A stretch of 64,000 nt of DNA, from positions 8,742,001 through 8,806,000 of the forward strand of contig NC_135911.1 in the NCBI RefSeq assembly GCF_964194155.1, in the 5' to 3' direction. Under the pieces are notes generated by a model. It searched no databases. It was given only the letters and a program-made list of their open reading frames with translations, and was not told where the DNA came from. This DNA is from Cetorhinus maximus (lineage: Eukaryota). The translations under genes and the position numbers were made by a program. Shown in pieces: positions 62,340 through 64,000 of this stretch; position 1 is the first letter of the stretch; the number at the start of each line of letters is the position of its first letter.

Positions 62340-63030
62340 TGCGGCAATGGCAGAGCGCCCCATTGCCAGAACATTCAAAGAAGCACCGAGACATGGCATG
62401 TCAGGTGGCGAGAAGGACCACCCCCCCTACAGGCCCTTCCTGCATACCCGGAGTCTCAGCATTTTACACTCGAGGCGGCTGTGGTGGGAAACAAACTTTG
62501 GTCACTTCCATCTGGAATCTGCCTTTGCAAAGCACGTCCGAAAGAGATCCGCTGTTTTTTTTTTCCCATTGAGGCCCAACTCAAGCAACTCCATTACAAA
62601 GGAGCCTGCGCTCTATGTCTAATCCCAGGGACGCACACTGAGATCAACATCAACTCAGGACCATCCACTTAGTGAAAGACACTCTTTGATCTGCCTGAAA
62701 ACTGCTGGCCTTTCAGGGCGAAGAGCTCTCCGCGATCAAGTGTTGCAAACTGGCACATTCCAAGGCCCAGGACTAGGTGCTAAGGGATGTACTAAAGCAC
62801 GGGGCAGCTCCCCAGGGGCAAGGCCACTGTCTAAGGCCGTAGAACACCAAGTGTTTTGACATGAAACGTAAATGTACGTTGTAAATACAACCTGATGTGG
62901 GGAGTGTAGTGAGGCAGCGAATGTCCTGCATTGATATAAACTGATCTATATTGCACTTTATGTAATGTCAACCTTGACCTGTTATGTAATTTAGTTCTGC
63001 ACATTTTACGAATAAAGGACATCTTAAGGG
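62340..63030 (+). mobile_element. Decayed Tx1/L1-clade LINE 3' fragment
   Basis: Similar to 42495-43330 (PGTHTEININ) with frameshifts. Confidence 0.7.
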
Positions 63031-64000
63031 GAAATTTAGGAAGTTGCTTCCAATGTGGATGTCTTCATAGGGTGTGGGCAAATTGCCCCCACTGCTTGTA
63101 TCAGGAAGGCATTCAAGTGGATGGAAAATGTTGTAAGAGTTGGAGGGTGGGAGGGGTGAGAGGGGGTGCGGATGGTGGGCAGATGCTGTTCTCTGCCCCG
63201 ATGACCTGGTCTACCTAAGGCTGAATTGTTGGCCGTGTTCCACAGTGAAGGGCTTCTCCCCTCGGCTGAAGGAGAGCTTGGAGGACCCCACTGGGGAAGG
63301 TAAGGGCCCCTTTCTGTTGTTGTCGGCACCTCAATCAAGGGGGGTCGTAGAAGCAGCAATGAGGTTCCACTGGGGGAGTGAGAGGAGCTGATTGGAAATT
63401 AAGAAGCACCTCACCTCACCTCAATGAATTGTGGGCTTGCTGCTAAGGGAGTTGCAAATTGGTATATAGTGTCCTAAAGGTTAGAGTTTGAAATGTGTGT
63501 CTGAAGGTGTGGGGTGCGAGGCAGGGGTCTTAATTCCTGCGATACTGGCACCAATACTGGGGAAAGGGGTAGCTCTGAGATAGAATCCAGTTTCTTAAGG
63601 AGATCAGTGCCCCGGTGAATGAAATAACAAGAGTGGTAGTTAGGGCAGATTCAGGGTCGATTCAGGTCATGGTAAATCCACCAGTCTGAAGAGAAAAGTC
63701 AAGTTGTGGCTAGTATCTGATCCCCCTACCTTTAGCTCACCTCAAGGCTAATCCGCATTGGGGGCTGGGTGTCTCTGGAGAGGGAGCACACGGTGTCTGC
63801 CGGCACCATCGAGGCCTTCCGTGCTCGGTGGGCACCTCGGGGACTGGGGCCCCTTTTAATCAGATTTTGATTTGACCTCGGTAAGTTTCCTTTGCACTCT
63901 ATGTTTTGTTTGTGCAGTTTCCCTTTAAGGGGCTGCTTTTACTTTGTCCCCGATTTTGTTACTTTAGTTTAATTGTTTTGCCTCCAAAGAGTGGAATGAG

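Overview
Vertebrate genomic DNA, most likely a cartilaginous fish (inferred from the CR1/Deu-SINE/Penelope repeat landscape and a GPR139-like GPCR). It is repeat-rich, with N-runs over simple repeats. Manual splice reconstruction reveals a small nectin/PVR-family immune receptor cluster that the ORF track only partly shows. (1) A 10-exon plus-strand gene (5284-23533, 394 aa) has a nectin-type V-C-C ectodomain. Its tail has no afadin-binding end; it carries an ITT-like YVNV motif and a complete ITAM (YMGL-x7-YNEL) assembled from mini-exons. (2) A convergent 6-exon minus-strand gene (60513-49710, 241 aa) encodes a single nectin-type IgV, a TM and two ITIMs (VVYASL, IVYGIV), a TIGIT/PVRIG-like architecture. 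(3) Between them lies a decayed duplicate of the ITIM gene (~26860-46700) with a GPR139-like GPCR carrying a premature stop in one intron. Together these look like a paired activating/inhibitory nectin-family receptor system. Gene models are inferred from sequence only (GT-AG sites, phase consistency, motifs); repeat coordinates are approximate.
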